Of a DNA stretch of 64,000 nucleotides, positions 1-9,634 are shown one piece after another. A program made the position numbers and the translations under genes. Source of the stretch: a bacterium. GTDB taxonomy: Bacteria; Fidelibacterota; Fidelibacteria; Fidelibacterales; Fidelibacteraceae. Where the stretch lies: NCBI GenBank assembly GCA_963676395.1, contig OY781066.1:576001-640000 (forward strand), read 5' to 3'. The notes under the pieces were generated by a model, which saw nothing but the letters and a program-made list of their open reading frames with translations, was not told the origin of the DNA and did not search any database. Within the stretch, counting starts at the first letter, position 1. Each line of letters opens with the position of its first letter.

Positions 1-904
1 ACGGTTCGTACACTTCTTCGATGGTATCGGCTTCTTCCCCAATAGCTACTGCTAAATTCTGCAGACCTACCGGGCCACCTCCAAAATGCGTCACTAATGT
101 CAATAATATCCTTCTATCCATGGTATCCAAACCGATCTCATCGATCTCTAACATGTCCAGGGCTTTGTCTGCAATCTCTTTTGTGATCACACCATCACCA
201 CGGACTTGTGCATAATCTCTACATCGTTTTAATATTCTATTTGCGATCCTGGGTGTTCCCCTTGAACGCTTACCTAATTCCACGGCACCATCTTTGGTTA
301 TTTCAACATCAAGCAACTTTGCTGAACGCATAACGATCTTTAAAAGATCTTGATGATTGTAATATTCCATTCTTAAGATAATACCAAAACGATCACGGAT
401 TGGCGATGTCAATAGCCCGGCACGCGTTGTTGCACCAACTAAAGTAAATCCTTCCAAATTCAGTTGAATGCTCCTGGCACTGGGACCTTTATCAATCATG
501 ATGTCAATTCTGTAATCCTCCATGGCGGAATACAGATATTCTTCAACGACTCTGTTCATTCTGTGGATCTCGTCAATAAACAGCACATCGCTTTTTTCAA
601 GATTAGTCAACACGCCGGCAAGATCCCCGGCTCGTTCCAAAACAGGTCCGGAAGATACCTTTATGCTTGAGTTTAACTCATTTGCAATAATATTCGCTAA
701 GGTCGTTTTACCTAAGCCCGGAGGTCCAAAAAGCAAAACATGATCCAATGGTTCGTTTCGTTTTTGGGCTGCTTCTATGTAAATCTTTAACTTATCCAGA
801 AGCTTCTTTTGACCGATAAACTCATCTAACGATCGCGGACGGAGCGTGAATTCCAACTCCTCTTCCATTGTCCCAAGTTCCGGATTTATAATTTCTGATC
901 TCAT
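1..904 (-). CDS. ruvB: Holliday junction branch migration DNA helicase RuvB (3' end runs off the window)
   Basis: Not in the ORF track. My translation from ATG 904 gives [32 protein letters not shown]...[25 protein letters not shown]...[18 protein letters not shown], the RuvB N-terminus with Walker A. Confidence 0.96.
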   Translation of the reverse strand, partial: MRSEIINPELGTMEEELEFTLRPRSLDEFIGQKKLLDKLKIYIEAAQKRNEPLDHVLLFGPPGLGKTTLANIIANELNSSIKVSSGPVLERAGDLAGVLTNLEKSDVLFIDEIHRMNRVVEEYLYSAMEDYRIDIMIDKGPSARSIQLNLEGFTLVGATTRAGLLTSPIRDRFGIILRMEYYNHQDLLKIVMRSAKLLDVEITKDGAVELGKRSRGTPRIANRILKRCRDYAQVRGDGVITKEIADKALDMLEIDEIGLDTMDRRILLTLVTHFGGGPVGLQNLAVAIGEEADTIEEVYEP

Positions 905-1071
905 ATATTCAATATCATATTCAGCGCGTAATTTACGATTTTTTTCACAATTTAGCTATTCCTTTTTGATTTATAGCTTAGGGTCATGCGGTTTGAGCTG
1001 AAAATCAACAAAATAATTCAAATATTTGGAATTATAACAGCGACTTTGGTGTACCTGCTGCAGCACACGGA

Positions 1072-1416
1072 TCACTGCTTTGTATAGGTATATCCATTTT
1101 GGATATAAAGTCTATTACCTTCAATAGCATACTTAAATGTATAATACGTACGAACCAATTTCAAAGAATATGTCGTATCGGTATAAGTATAATCACCGGT
1201 TCTCATAGCAACGCCCCCTGAGGATGCCGTATAATTTCTCAGTTCATATTGAAGATTTTCTTTAAATGTGATCATTTCCCAATCATCTGTATAGTAATTT
1301 ACATACTTCCAGGAACCAATAAGATTATTTTCAAATTGAGGCTCCGTATTGCACCCCGTCAGCACAAGTGCCAGAAGTGTAATAACGACAAATAATAGGC
1401 ATGTTAATTTTTTCAT
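1072..1416 (-). CDS. small lipoprotein, lipocalin-like beta-rich domain
   Basis: Signal peptide with lipobox LTGC; LIGSWK motif typical of lipocalin-like hypothetical proteins. Confidence 0.6.
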   Translation of the reverse strand: MKKLTCLLFVVITLLALVLTGCNTEPQFENNLIGSWKYVNYYTDDWEMITFKENLQYELRNYTASSGGVAMRTGDYTYTDTTYSLKLVRTYYTFKYAIEGNRLYIQNGYTYTKQ

Positions 1417-1472
1417 ATGTTTAATATAGAAATTTTTAAAAGCATTTATTAATGTTTTCCCGTTAAAATTAC

Positions 1473-1494
1473 AAGAAACAGATATCTGTTTCTT
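1473..1494. promoter_or_regulatory. perfect 22-bp palindrome, candidate operator
   Basis: AAGAAACAGATATCTGTTTCTT equals its own reverse complement; lies between the divergent lipoprotein and gatB starts. Confidence 0.4.
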
Positions 1495-1638
1495 ACCAAA
1501 AATCCAATAAGACAGGCTTCAATTGATATATATTTTGTGTCACAAATGTTTTCTACGACTTTACGTGAGCTAAGATTCTTATTTGGTATTTTACACTTTA
1601 TAAGTTAAATTTGAGCCTAATTAAATCATGGAGAAAGA

Positions 1639-3060
1639 ATGGACTGGGATATCGTCATAGGTTTGGAAGTACACGTACAGTTAAACACTGAAACAAAAGC
1701 CTTTTGTTCGTGCAAGGTTAATTATGGTGATGCGCCCAATACAAATGTGTGCCCACGTTGCTTAGGTTATCCCGGCTCTTTACCGGTTTTAAATAAGGAA
1801 GTCGTAAATTCCGCAATAAAACTGGGATTGGCAACAAACTGTTCCATCCGCCCTTTTTCAACTTTTGCCAGAAAAAATTATTTTTATCCGGACCTCCCCA
1901 AAGGTTACCAGATATCTCAATATGATGACCCGATCTGTTATGAAGGTTATATTGATACCATTGTTAATGGTATACCAAAACGCATTGGCTTAACTCGAAT
2001 TCATATGGAAGAAGATGCGGGTAAATCCATACACAGTGACCAGGGTACACTGGTTGATTTAAATCGCTGCGGTACTCCTCTATTGGAAATTGTTTCGGAA
2101 CCCGATATGTTTTCCCCTGCAGAAGCTTACGCCTACTTGACAACACTAAAACAGATCGTTCGATATACGGGTGTCTCAGACTGCAACATGGAAGAAGGCT
2201 CCATGCGCTGTGATGCAAATATATCTATCAAACCAAGAGGGCAAAAAGAACTCGGCACACGTACCGAATTAAAAAACATGAACTCCTTCAAGAATGTTGA
2301 GCGAGCTTTAATATATGAAGCAAAACGTCAGCAAGAAGTACTTGAAGCCGGCGGTAAAATCAAGCAACAAACCCTGCTTTGGGATGAAGCGTCCGGTATA
2401 ACAAAATCCATGCGAGGTAAAGAAGATTCACACGATTACCGATATTTCCCGGAACCCGACCTCTCTCCCGTTTATGTAGATGAAGCATGGATAGAAAGAA
2501 TCCGTAAAGATCTTCCCGAATCACCTTCCGCACGCACACAACGTTTTGTTGATTCTTTCGGATTTACTAATGGCGATGCTGCCGTACTGACATCAGAAAA
2601 AGAGATCGCGGATTATTTTGAAGCAACACTCAAAGAATTTAATAACCCAAAACTTGTATTCAACTGGGTTCGTAATGAGATCCTCAGAATTCTTGTGGAT
2701 ACCGGTAAAAACATAGATAAATCACCCGTTACCCCCAAAGCACTCGCGGAGCTATTAACCTTTCTTGATAAAAAAGAAATAACCGCGCAGACCGCAAAAG
2801 CCGTTATTGACGATATGGCCGCAAGCGGTAAATCTGCGGCTACCATTATCGACGAAAAAGGTCTAAAGCAAATCTCTGACTCCTCTGCTCTGGAAGCTAT
2901 GGTGGATGAAGTCATTGCAAATAACGAAGCTAATGTTAAACGCTTCCGCGAAGGTGAAACAAAGCTAATGGGATTCTTTATCGGTCAGATCATGCGCGCA
3001 AGTAAAGGTCAGGCCGACCAGGCACTCGCTCGCGAGATACTGATGAAAAAACTCGGATAA
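1639..3060 (+). CDS. gatB: Asp-tRNA(Asn)/Glu-tRNA(Gln) amidotransferase subunit B
   Basis: VIGLEVHVQL, RKNYFYPDLPKGYQISQ, HMEEDAGKS, DYRYFPEPDL motifs. Confidence 0.98.
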   Translation: MDWDIVIGLEVHVQLNTETKAFCSCKVNYGDAPNTNVCPRCLGYPGSLPVLNKEVVNSAIKLGLATNCSIRPFSTFARKNYFYPDLPKGYQISQYDDPICYEGYIDTIVNGIPKRIGLTRIHMEEDAGKSIHSDQGTLVDLNRCGTPLLEIVSEPDMFSPAEAYAYLTTLKQIVRYTGVSDCNMEEGSMRCDANISIKPRGQKELGTRTELKNMNSFKNVERALIYEAKRQQEVLEAGGKIKQQTLLWDEASGITKSMRGKEDSHDYRYFPEPDLSPVYVDEAWIERIRKDLPESPSARTQRFVDSFGFTNGDAAVLTSEKEIADYFEATLKEFNNPKLVFNWVRNEILRILVDTGKNIDKSPVTPKALAELLTFLDKKEITAQTAKAVIDDMAASGKSAATIIDEKGLKQISDSSALEAMVDEVIANNEANVKRFREGETKLMGFFIGQIMRASKGQADQALAREILMKKLG

Positions 3061-3064
3061 CATC

Positions 3065-3841
3065 ATGAGCAAATTACTTTGCGTTGATATTGGTAATACA
3101 AATATCGTTTTAGCTATCATGCGAAACGAAAAATTACTGACAAGTGCTAGAATACCTTCAACACCACTACTTAATGACACAGAATATGATACTGCCATAC
3201 GTGATCTTATCATATCAAGTAAACTTAAATTAAAAAAATTTGACGGTGCCATTATTTCTTCGGTTGTTCCAAGATTAACCGTTCCCCTTAAAAAAGTCTG
3301 TGATATTATTTTTTCTACAGAAACATTGGTTATTGATCACAATCTTCAACTTAAACTAAAGATTAAATACGATGATCCTTCTGAAGTAGGAGCCGATCGG
3401 ATCTGTAATGCGGTTGGGGCATATAATCGCTACAAAGCTCCGTTGATCGTGGTAGATATGGGAACCGCTACAACATTTGATATTGTTTCAAGAAATAATG
3501 AATACCTTGGTGGTGTGATCATGCCCGGTTTAGAGACAGCGGGTCGTGATCTTTTTGAACGCGCAGCAAAACTTCCACGAGTCAGCTTTGATTTCCCCAA
3601 AAAAGTCTTGGGTAGAAACACAAGGGAAAGCATGCAATCTGGACTGATGTGGGGAACCATTGATCAAATAGATGGTATGATTAAACGAGTTTCCGCTGAA
3701 TGGCAGGAAGATAATATAACAGTAATCGCCACCGGAGGATTATCAGAGATTATCACGCCACATTCACGGTATATCAAAGAAGCAAACAAAGCCCTCACAC
3801 TATTGGGAATGGTCGATATTTTTGAGGAGATACGGAGCTGA
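3065..3841 (+). CDS. coaX: type III pantothenate kinase
   Basis: VDIGNTN, ISSVVP, GADR, VDMGTATTFD, ATGG motifs. Confidence 0.95.
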   Translation: MSKLLCVDIGNTNIVLAIMRNEKLLTSARIPSTPLLNDTEYDTAIRDLIISSKLKLKKFDGAIISSVVPRLTVPLKKVCDIIFSTETLVIDHNLQLKLKIKYDDPSEVGADRICNAVGAYNRYKAPLIVVDMGTATTFDIVSRNNEYLGGVIMPGLETAGRDLFERAAKLPRVSFDFPKKVLGRNTRESMQSGLMWGTIDQIDGMIKRVSAEWQEDNITVIATGGLSEIITPHSRYIKEANKALTLLGMVDIFEEIRS

Positions 3842-3843
3842 TC

Positions 3844-4455
3844 ATGAAAAGAATCATCATAATTCTAATTCTTATGCTAAGCATTTTAACAGCTGCTGAC
3901 TATAACTCAATGGGATCCGTAAAAAGAAGCTATGCCATAGACCTAAGGATGACTGATTACGGATCAAGTCTGGGCGGAAACATGCAATGGAAGTTATTAA
4001 ATAATTTTCATGTAGGTACTACAGTAAATTGGACCTTTGTTTCCAGCGGTAAAGAATATACTTGGACTGATCCTTATACGGGCTATACTCAAAGGATCAA
4101 TACCATTCACTTAGATTTCGTTAAAGCCGGAATATTTCTAAAAAAACACTTTTTTACCCGTCAACTGGATAACACCTTTGCCCCTTACGTATCTCTTCAG
4201 GCTGGCCCTGTTCTTGCCATTGATACCGATAATGATCCATGGGCAAATTTGAGCCGTTACGGAGATGCTGAATTCCATTTAGGGTTTTATTCACATATTC
4301 ATTTGGGCATTGATTTTATGATGGAAAATCACTCCACCGCCGGAATTGCTCTTGGTTATGAAATCAATGCATTTGGCACAGCAGTAGACGAAGAATTTTT
4401 AAAACCTAACTGGAACGGTGCAGCCATTGTATTAAATTACGGACGGTATTTCTAA
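3844..4455 (+). CDS. putative small outer-membrane beta-barrel protein
   Basis: Signal peptide, amphipathic strands, C-terminal LNYGRYF beta-signal. Confidence 0.55.
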   Translation: MKRIIIILILMLSILTAADYNSMGSVKRSYAIDLRMTDYGSSLGGNMQWKLLNNFHVGTTVNWTFVSSGKEYTWTDPYTGYTQRINTIHLDFVKAGIFLKKHFFTRQLDNTFAPYVSLQAGPVLAIDTDNDPWANLSRYGDAEFHLGFYSHIHLGIDFMMENHSTAGIALGYEINAFGTAVDEEFLKPNWNGAAIVLNYGRYF

Positions 4456-5151
4456 ATGGCTCATGAACAATTTTTCTACTCACCGCTCATTCAGGGTAAT
4501 TCCATTATTATTGAAGGGAATGAGCACCAACACCTGTCCCGCGTTATGCGAAAAAAAGCAGGTGATTTAATTTGGATCTCCGATGGTAAGGGGATTGCAT
4601 ACGAAACCCAACTTAAGTCAATAGAAAAAGAACTAAGCCAAGCAGAAATAATCAAAAAGCATGTAAATTTCGGCGAACCCGAAAACAAAGTATCGCTTGC
4701 GGTTGGAATGATCAAAGCATCACATTGGGAGATTTTGCTTGAAAAAGCCGTCGAATTGGGTGTCCACGAAATATATCCTCTTCTAACGCAATATACTCAA
4801 TATAAAAATCTCAAAAGAGAGCGAAACGAAAAAATCTTACTTTCAGCGATGAAGCAATCCGGTCGTTCATATCTACCGCACCTTCATAACCCAATGAAAT
4901 TTGATGAATTTTGTATGCTTGATATGCAAAAAGAAAAGATCATATGCGACAATCAAGGCGAATATACGACACTTGAAAGACGTGATAAAACAAAAGACTT
5001 TATAGTTCTAATCGGACCCGAAGGTGGCTTCTCAATAGATGAGGTCACCACAGCCAAAAAAAAGAGCTATACTCCCATCTCACTTTCAAATCGTAGACTT
5101 CGCACCGAAACAGCCTGTTTTGCCGCATTATCAATGCTAAGCTATTCATAG
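4456..5151 (+). CDS. rsmE: 16S rRNA m3U1498 methyltransferase
   Basis: HLSRVMR, EKAVELGV, AMKQSGR, IGPEGGFS, LRTETA motifs. Confidence 0.95.
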   Translation: MAHEQFFYSPLIQGNSIIIEGNEHQHLSRVMRKKAGDLIWISDGKGIAYETQLKSIEKELSQAEIIKKHVNFGEPENKVSLAVGMIKASHWEILLEKAVELGVHEIYPLLTQYTQYKNLKRERNEKILLSAMKQSGRSYLPHLHNPMKFDEFCMLDMQKEKIICDNQGEYTTLERRDKTKDFIVLIGPEGGFSIDEVTTAKKKSYTPISLSNRRLRTETACFAALSMLSYS

Positions 5152-5276
5152 AACAAACAACTTCCTGTCTATCAGATAATAATGCTTTCATGTTTTTGGC
5201 AATGTGGGTATATTCTAGCGAGTAATTAAGTAATAATATATCGTTAAATCTATCAGGGTAAATCACGTTCAAAACG

Positions 5277-6788
5277 ATGAAAGACGAAATTACAAAAAGC
5301 ATAAACCGAGACCCCAAGATTGGGATACTTAAAGAAATTGTTGATTATAACAATATCATCCTTTTTGAATTAGATTTAAACTCAGCAAAAAAATTAAAAT
5401 TCACAAACTCAAATTTTGAGAGCACTACAGGTTTTTCAGATAAAGATTTTGATACAATCGACAACCTACTAAACAAACTGATCCACCCCGATGACCACAA
5501 GATTATAACCCCCATTATATCAGAACCCGTTTCATCCGATTTTGAAATAAGGTGGATCACTAAAGATAACAGAATTATATGGTTGGAACACCATGTTAGA
5601 GTCACTGATGATGAAATATTATATGGTTGGGCGCGTGAAATTACGCAAAAGGAAGAAGCTGAAAAACTCTTAGTAAAAAATGAAAAACAATTTTCATTGT
5701 TATTTAAAAACATGGAACAAGGCTTTGCCTTGCATGAAATGATATATGATGAAAATGGCAAAGGTATAAATTATCGTTTTATCTTGATTAACGAAGCATT
5801 TGAAAAACTCATTGGCGTTAAGCGAGATAAATTAATTGGAAAAACAGTACTGGACGTATTGCCCAAAATCGAAAGTACCTGGATAGAAACCTTCTCAAAG
5901 GTTGCCACGAACGGAAAATCTTTACATTTTAAAAATTACTCCCAAGAATTTAATAAACACTATGATATTGTTGCTTATTCACCTCAAAAAGGATTTTTCG
6001 CAACCATTTTCACAGATATTTCAAAAAGCATGCAGTATCAAAAAGAATTATTAGAAGCAAAAGAGAGGGCAGAGCAAGGTGACTTGCTTAAAACTGAGTT
6101 CTTGCAAAATCTCTCTCATGAAATCCGCACTCCAATGAATGGTATAGTCGGTTTTTCAAAACTTCTTGCTACAAAAACTCTCAATAAAGATAAAGTAAAA
6201 TCATATACCGATATTATCAATAACAGTGCAATACAATTAATGAGAATCATTGATGATGTACTTGAGATATCTACACTGGAAACGAAGCAGGTCAGATTAA
6301 ATATCGAAGATATCTCTATCAACACCTTGCTGACAGAATTGTATTCCATTTTTAAAATAGATGCTGAACAATCAAACTTAGAATTCAAGCTAAATTTATT
6401 TGATGAAAGCTCTAACAATAAATGCTATATTAAAAGTGATAAAACCAAACTTAGTAAGATCATTAACAATCTTCTTAGTAACGCATTTAAGTATACCGAA
6501 CAAGGTTATATAGAATTAGGTTATTTTTACGATGAAGAGGCGATCAATATCTATGTAAAAGACTCCGGTATTGGTATTGATCCCGAAAACTTTTCACTCA
6601 TTTTTCATCGTTTCTCGCAAGAAAATAAAATTCTCTCAAACAAAGTTGGTGGACTTGGTTTAGGATTATCCATAGCAAAAGAAAACACGGAACTCCTGGG
6701 AGGAAGAATCTGGGTAGAATCTCAGAAAGGTAGTGGCTCTACATTTATGATATATCTTCCCCTAAAAGCATTTGACAGCACGAATTGA
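5277..6788 (+). CDS. cytoplasmic PAS-PAS sensor histidine kinase
   Basis: IHPDD PAS motif, LSHEIRTPMNGI H-box, NLLSNAFKYT N-box, DSGIGI and GLGLGLSI G-boxes; no transmembrane segment evident. Confidence 0.92.
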   Translation: MKDEITKSINRDPKIGILKEIVDYNNIILFELDLNSAKKLKFTNSNFESTTGFSDKDFDTIDNLLNKLIHPDDHKIITPIISEPVSSDFEIRWITKDNRIIWLEHHVRVTDDEILYGWAREITQKEEAEKLLVKNEKQFSLLFKNMEQGFALHEMIYDENGKGINYRFILINEAFEKLIGVKRDKLIGKTVLDVLPKIESTWIETFSKVATNGKSLHFKNYSQEFNKHYDIVAYSPQKGFFATIFTDISKSMQYQKELLEAKERAEQGDLLKTEFLQNLSHEIRTPMNGIVGFSKLLATKTLNKDKVKSYTDIINNSAIQLMRIIDDVLEISTLETKQVRLNIEDISINTLLTELYSIFKIDAEQSNLEFKLNLFDESSNNKCYIKSDKTKLSKIINNLLSNAFKYTEQGYIELGYFYDEEAINIYVKDSGIGIDPENFSLIFHRFSQENKILSNKVGGLGLGLSIAKENTELLGGRIWVESQKGSGSTFMIYLPLKAFDSTN

Positions 6789-6795
6789 GGACAAT

Positions 6796-7191
6796 ATGGA
6801 TACAAATCAAAAAAAGTATAAAATTTTAATTGCCGAAGATGAAGAAATTAATTTTATATTCTTACGAGAAATTTTCTCTTCAATGGAAGACTTACAGTTT
6901 GAATTGATCCACGCAAAAAATGGTCAGGAAGCTATTGATTATTTTAAAAATATAAATGATATTTCCATGATCCTTATGGATATTAAAATGCCGGTTATGA
7001 ATGGGCTGGATGCAGTAAAAATAATTAAAGAGATTAAGCCCGATCAGCCAATTATTATTCAATCTGCATATGCAAGTGATTCGGATAAAGAGATTGCGCT
7101 CCAGAACGGTTGCGATGATTATCTTTCAAAGCCAATTGACATGGATAGATTGTCAGAGATCACTCATAAGTATTGCAAAAAAGGATCTTGA
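6796..7191 (+). CDS. single-domain response regulator (receiver only)
   Basis: ILIAEDE, ILMDIKMPVMNG, YLSKPI; ATG 6796 preferred because GAGG precedes it. Confidence 0.9.
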   Translation: MDTNQKKYKILIAEDEEINFIFLREIFSSMEDLQFELIHAKNGQEAIDYFKNINDISMILMDIKMPVMNGLDAVKIIKEIKPDQPIIIQSAYASDSDKEIALQNGCDDYLSKPIDMDRLSEITHKYCKKGS

Positions 7192-7194
7192 TCC

Positions 7195-7989
7195 ATGAAA
7201 ATCGAACTTAGATATTTTTCCGGGACAGGAAATTCTTGGACTGTTTTAAATACTTGCTATAAAATCTTTAAAGAAGCCAAACATGAGGTCTCAATCAAAG
7301 CCCTGGATATTACAGAAAAAAGCATTGAGGCAGACCTTATTGGTTTTGCTTTTCCAATACATGCTTTTGGTTTACCGGATATTATCAGAAAATACATTCG
7401 TTTTCTTCCTGAGTTTAAACATAAACAAAAGGTATTCATTCTCATGACTGCAGGTGATGTAATAGGGTCTTGTTCGGCCGCTCAAAGGATCGAGACCTTA
7501 TTGATTCCCAAGAATGCAGTAACTATTGCCTCCGAAGTCATCAAAATGCCGAATAATTGGATCACCTTCAGCTCTACCCAAGAAAAAGAAATAAATGAAG
7601 GTATGATCAATGCGGGAGTTGAAAAAGCAAAGATTATTGCTCTTAAAGTAATGAACAATGAGATCTCAAAATTTGACATTAAACGTATCCCCGTTTTTTT
7701 CAGATATCTGGGAAACACTATCAATATACTCTTTCGTTCAAGTGGAAGAAAACAACTAACGCGACTTTTTAGCACGTACGATACTTGTAATGGTTGCGGC
7801 CTATGTGCTCAAACCTGTCCAACAAACAGTATTGAGATCATTAATAATAAGCCAAAATGGTTAAAAAGCTGTGCACAATGCATGCGCTGTGTAAACATTT
7901 GTCCACAGGAAGCTATTTTCCAAAAAATGGGTGGTCATACAAAATTAAAAGAAAAGTATTTGGCACCGGGATTTCCAATTAACAATTGA
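7195..7989 (+). CDS. EFR1-family flavodoxin-like / 2x[4Fe-4S] ferredoxin fusion
   Basis: YFSGTGNS flavodoxin loop; CNGCGLCAQTCP and CAQCMRCVNICP clusters. Confidence 0.88.
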   Translation: MKIELRYFSGTGNSWTVLNTCYKIFKEAKHEVSIKALDITEKSIEADLIGFAFPIHAFGLPDIIRKYIRFLPEFKHKQKVFILMTAGDVIGSCSAAQRIETLLIPKNAVTIASEVIKMPNNWITFSSTQEKEINEGMINAGVEKAKIIALKVMNNEISKFDIKRIPVFFRYLGNTINILFRSSGRKQLTRLFSTYDTCNGCGLCAQTCPTNSIEIINNKPKWLKSCAQCMRCVNICPQEAIFQKMGGHTKLKEKYLAPGFPINN

Positions 7990-8056
7990 TATTGGATCAT
8001 TGACAATAAATTAGTATTGGATACATATTTTAATTTTATTACCATAAGATACAATC

Positions 8057-8086
8057 TGTAAAGACACAAGATATTACGTCTTTACA
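8057..8086. repeat. REP-like imperfect palindrome, copy 1
   Basis: TGTAAAGACACAAGATATTACGTCTTTACA; 9-bp arms; 24/30 identical to 9579-9608. Confidence 0.55.
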
Positions 8087-8117
8087 AAAACCAAAATAAA
8101 TATCGAGGATTCCCTTA

Positions 8118-9530
8118 ATGAAAAAGATCATTGTGCTATTCTTATTATCATGTATGGTTTTTGCTGTTGCCAGTGAAGAATTAAGTTGGACAATAAGTGA
8201 ATTTAAATATCCGGGAAGAGTGTTTGAAAATGAAGTTGGTCATTTTTATGCCGAAAGAGGTTTAGACACAAAACTGGGAAAGCTATGGCCCGGAAGCAAA
8301 GTAACACCCATTCAACAAAGTCATGGTGCCTATCAAGTTAAATTCAATAACGGTCAAACTGGTTGGGTATCATTCCTGAATATAAAAGAAGCTCTGGATG
8401 TTGAGATCACAAAAGAATGTAATCTTTATTCCATCGATTTCCTCAGCGGTACAACCCAAATGGATAAAATTATTACGATCCTACCCAAAGGTGAAATTGT
8501 AACACTGTATGCTGTCGGAAATGATGGTGAGTATCAGGTTAAGACCCAAAAAGGCAAACGTGGTTCTGTCATGCAAAACTATGCTGATCCGGTTACCGAA
8601 AAAATGGTAAAAGAATATAATCGAGAAGATGAACATAAGTTCTTTTTTAAAGAAAATTTGGATGAACTGACCATAAATAAAAACAGTCAAGAATTAGAAA
8701 GTGTTTTAGGTTCTCCTTGTGCTATCGTAAACAAAATAAATAAATCAATCTGGTATTATACCAATGTCGAGGTGCTTGCAAATGATCTACGCTATGACGG
8801 TATCATTTACAATATTCAAAATGATCTTGCTATATCCAATGAATTACAAGGTGAAGGTTACACAGAATTCATTGACAAACTGCCCTTTTATCATAGCATA
8901 AAAAAGAATAACAAATTAAACATCATGAACAAAACCTCAAAATTTACATTATTTGAAAACGTTCGTGAACGACACTGGATCTTGCGAATTCTTATTAGAT
9001 TATTACAAATTATTATTATTGTTGTATTCTTTTCTATTGCAAGAATTCTAGCATTCCAAGTCATGAAACTTTTTGCACTCTTACGCTTTTTACCTAACGG
9101 TATTGTTTTGTTATTATCTTGGACTACCAATCTTATATTTAACTATATATACTTCATCTACTTGATTGCTCATGTTATTACCGAAGACTATATTTTTACC
9201 GCCGTCGTCATGTTGATCATGCTGGTTTTCGGTCACCGCAAGATCAGTAACCGGATCAGATATCACCGTTGCCCCGCCTGTCATTTAATGTGGACAGCCG
9301 TAGATGAAGGTTCTGCTGTTGTGGGTAAAAAACATATAACAGAGAACAAATCAAGAACGCAATTAACAAATCAATATACCAACGGCAGTGGTCAACAGGT
9401 TAATGTTTACACCAAATTCAAATGGCAAGAACATATGACTGAAAAACAGATAAAGGACTATCGTTTCTGTGCAAACTGCGGTTACCGATGGAACGTAGAA
9501 AGAACCGAAACGGTTAACGGGCACGTTTAA
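8118..9530 (+). CDS. membrane protein: N-terminal SH3b-like repeats, ~3 TM helices, C-terminal split Zn-ribbon
   Basis: Signal peptide; YQVKFNNGQTGWV and YQVKTQKGKRGSV SH3b-like ends; hydrophobic block at about aa 288-372; CPAC and CANC pairs. Confidence 0.6.
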   Translation: MKKIIVLFLLSCMVFAVASEELSWTISEFKYPGRVFENEVGHFYAERGLDTKLGKLWPGSKVTPIQQSHGAYQVKFNNGQTGWVSFLNIKEALDVEITKECNLYSIDFLSGTTQMDKIITILPKGEIVTLYAVGNDGEYQVKTQKGKRGSVMQNYADPVTEKMVKEYNREDEHKFFFKENLDELTINKNSQELESVLGSPCAIVNKINKSIWYYTNVEVLANDLRYDGIIYNIQNDLAISNELQGEGYTEFIDKLPFYHSIKKNNKLNIMNKTSKFTLFENVRERHWILRILIRLLQIIIIVVFFSIARILAFQVMKLFALLRFLPNGIVLLLSWTTNLIFNYIYFIYLIAHVITEDYIFTAVVMLIMLVFGHRKISNRIRYHRCPACHLMWTAVDEGSAVVGKKHITENKSRTQLTNQYTNGSGQQVNVYTKFKWQEHMTEKQIKDYRFCANCGYRWNVERTETVNGHV

Positions 9531-9578
9531 TTGATAATTAAAGTGTTTAAATGAGTTATACAAGCAACAATATAATTG

Positions 9579-9608
9579 TGTAGAGGCCTAAAATCTTACG
9601 TCTTTACA
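9579..9608. repeat. REP-like imperfect palindrome, copy 2
   Basis: TGTAGAGGCCTAAAATCTTACGTCTTTACA; same orientation as copy 1. Confidence 0.55.
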
Positions 9609-9634
9609 TTTACAAACTAAAATTTCGGGGTTAT

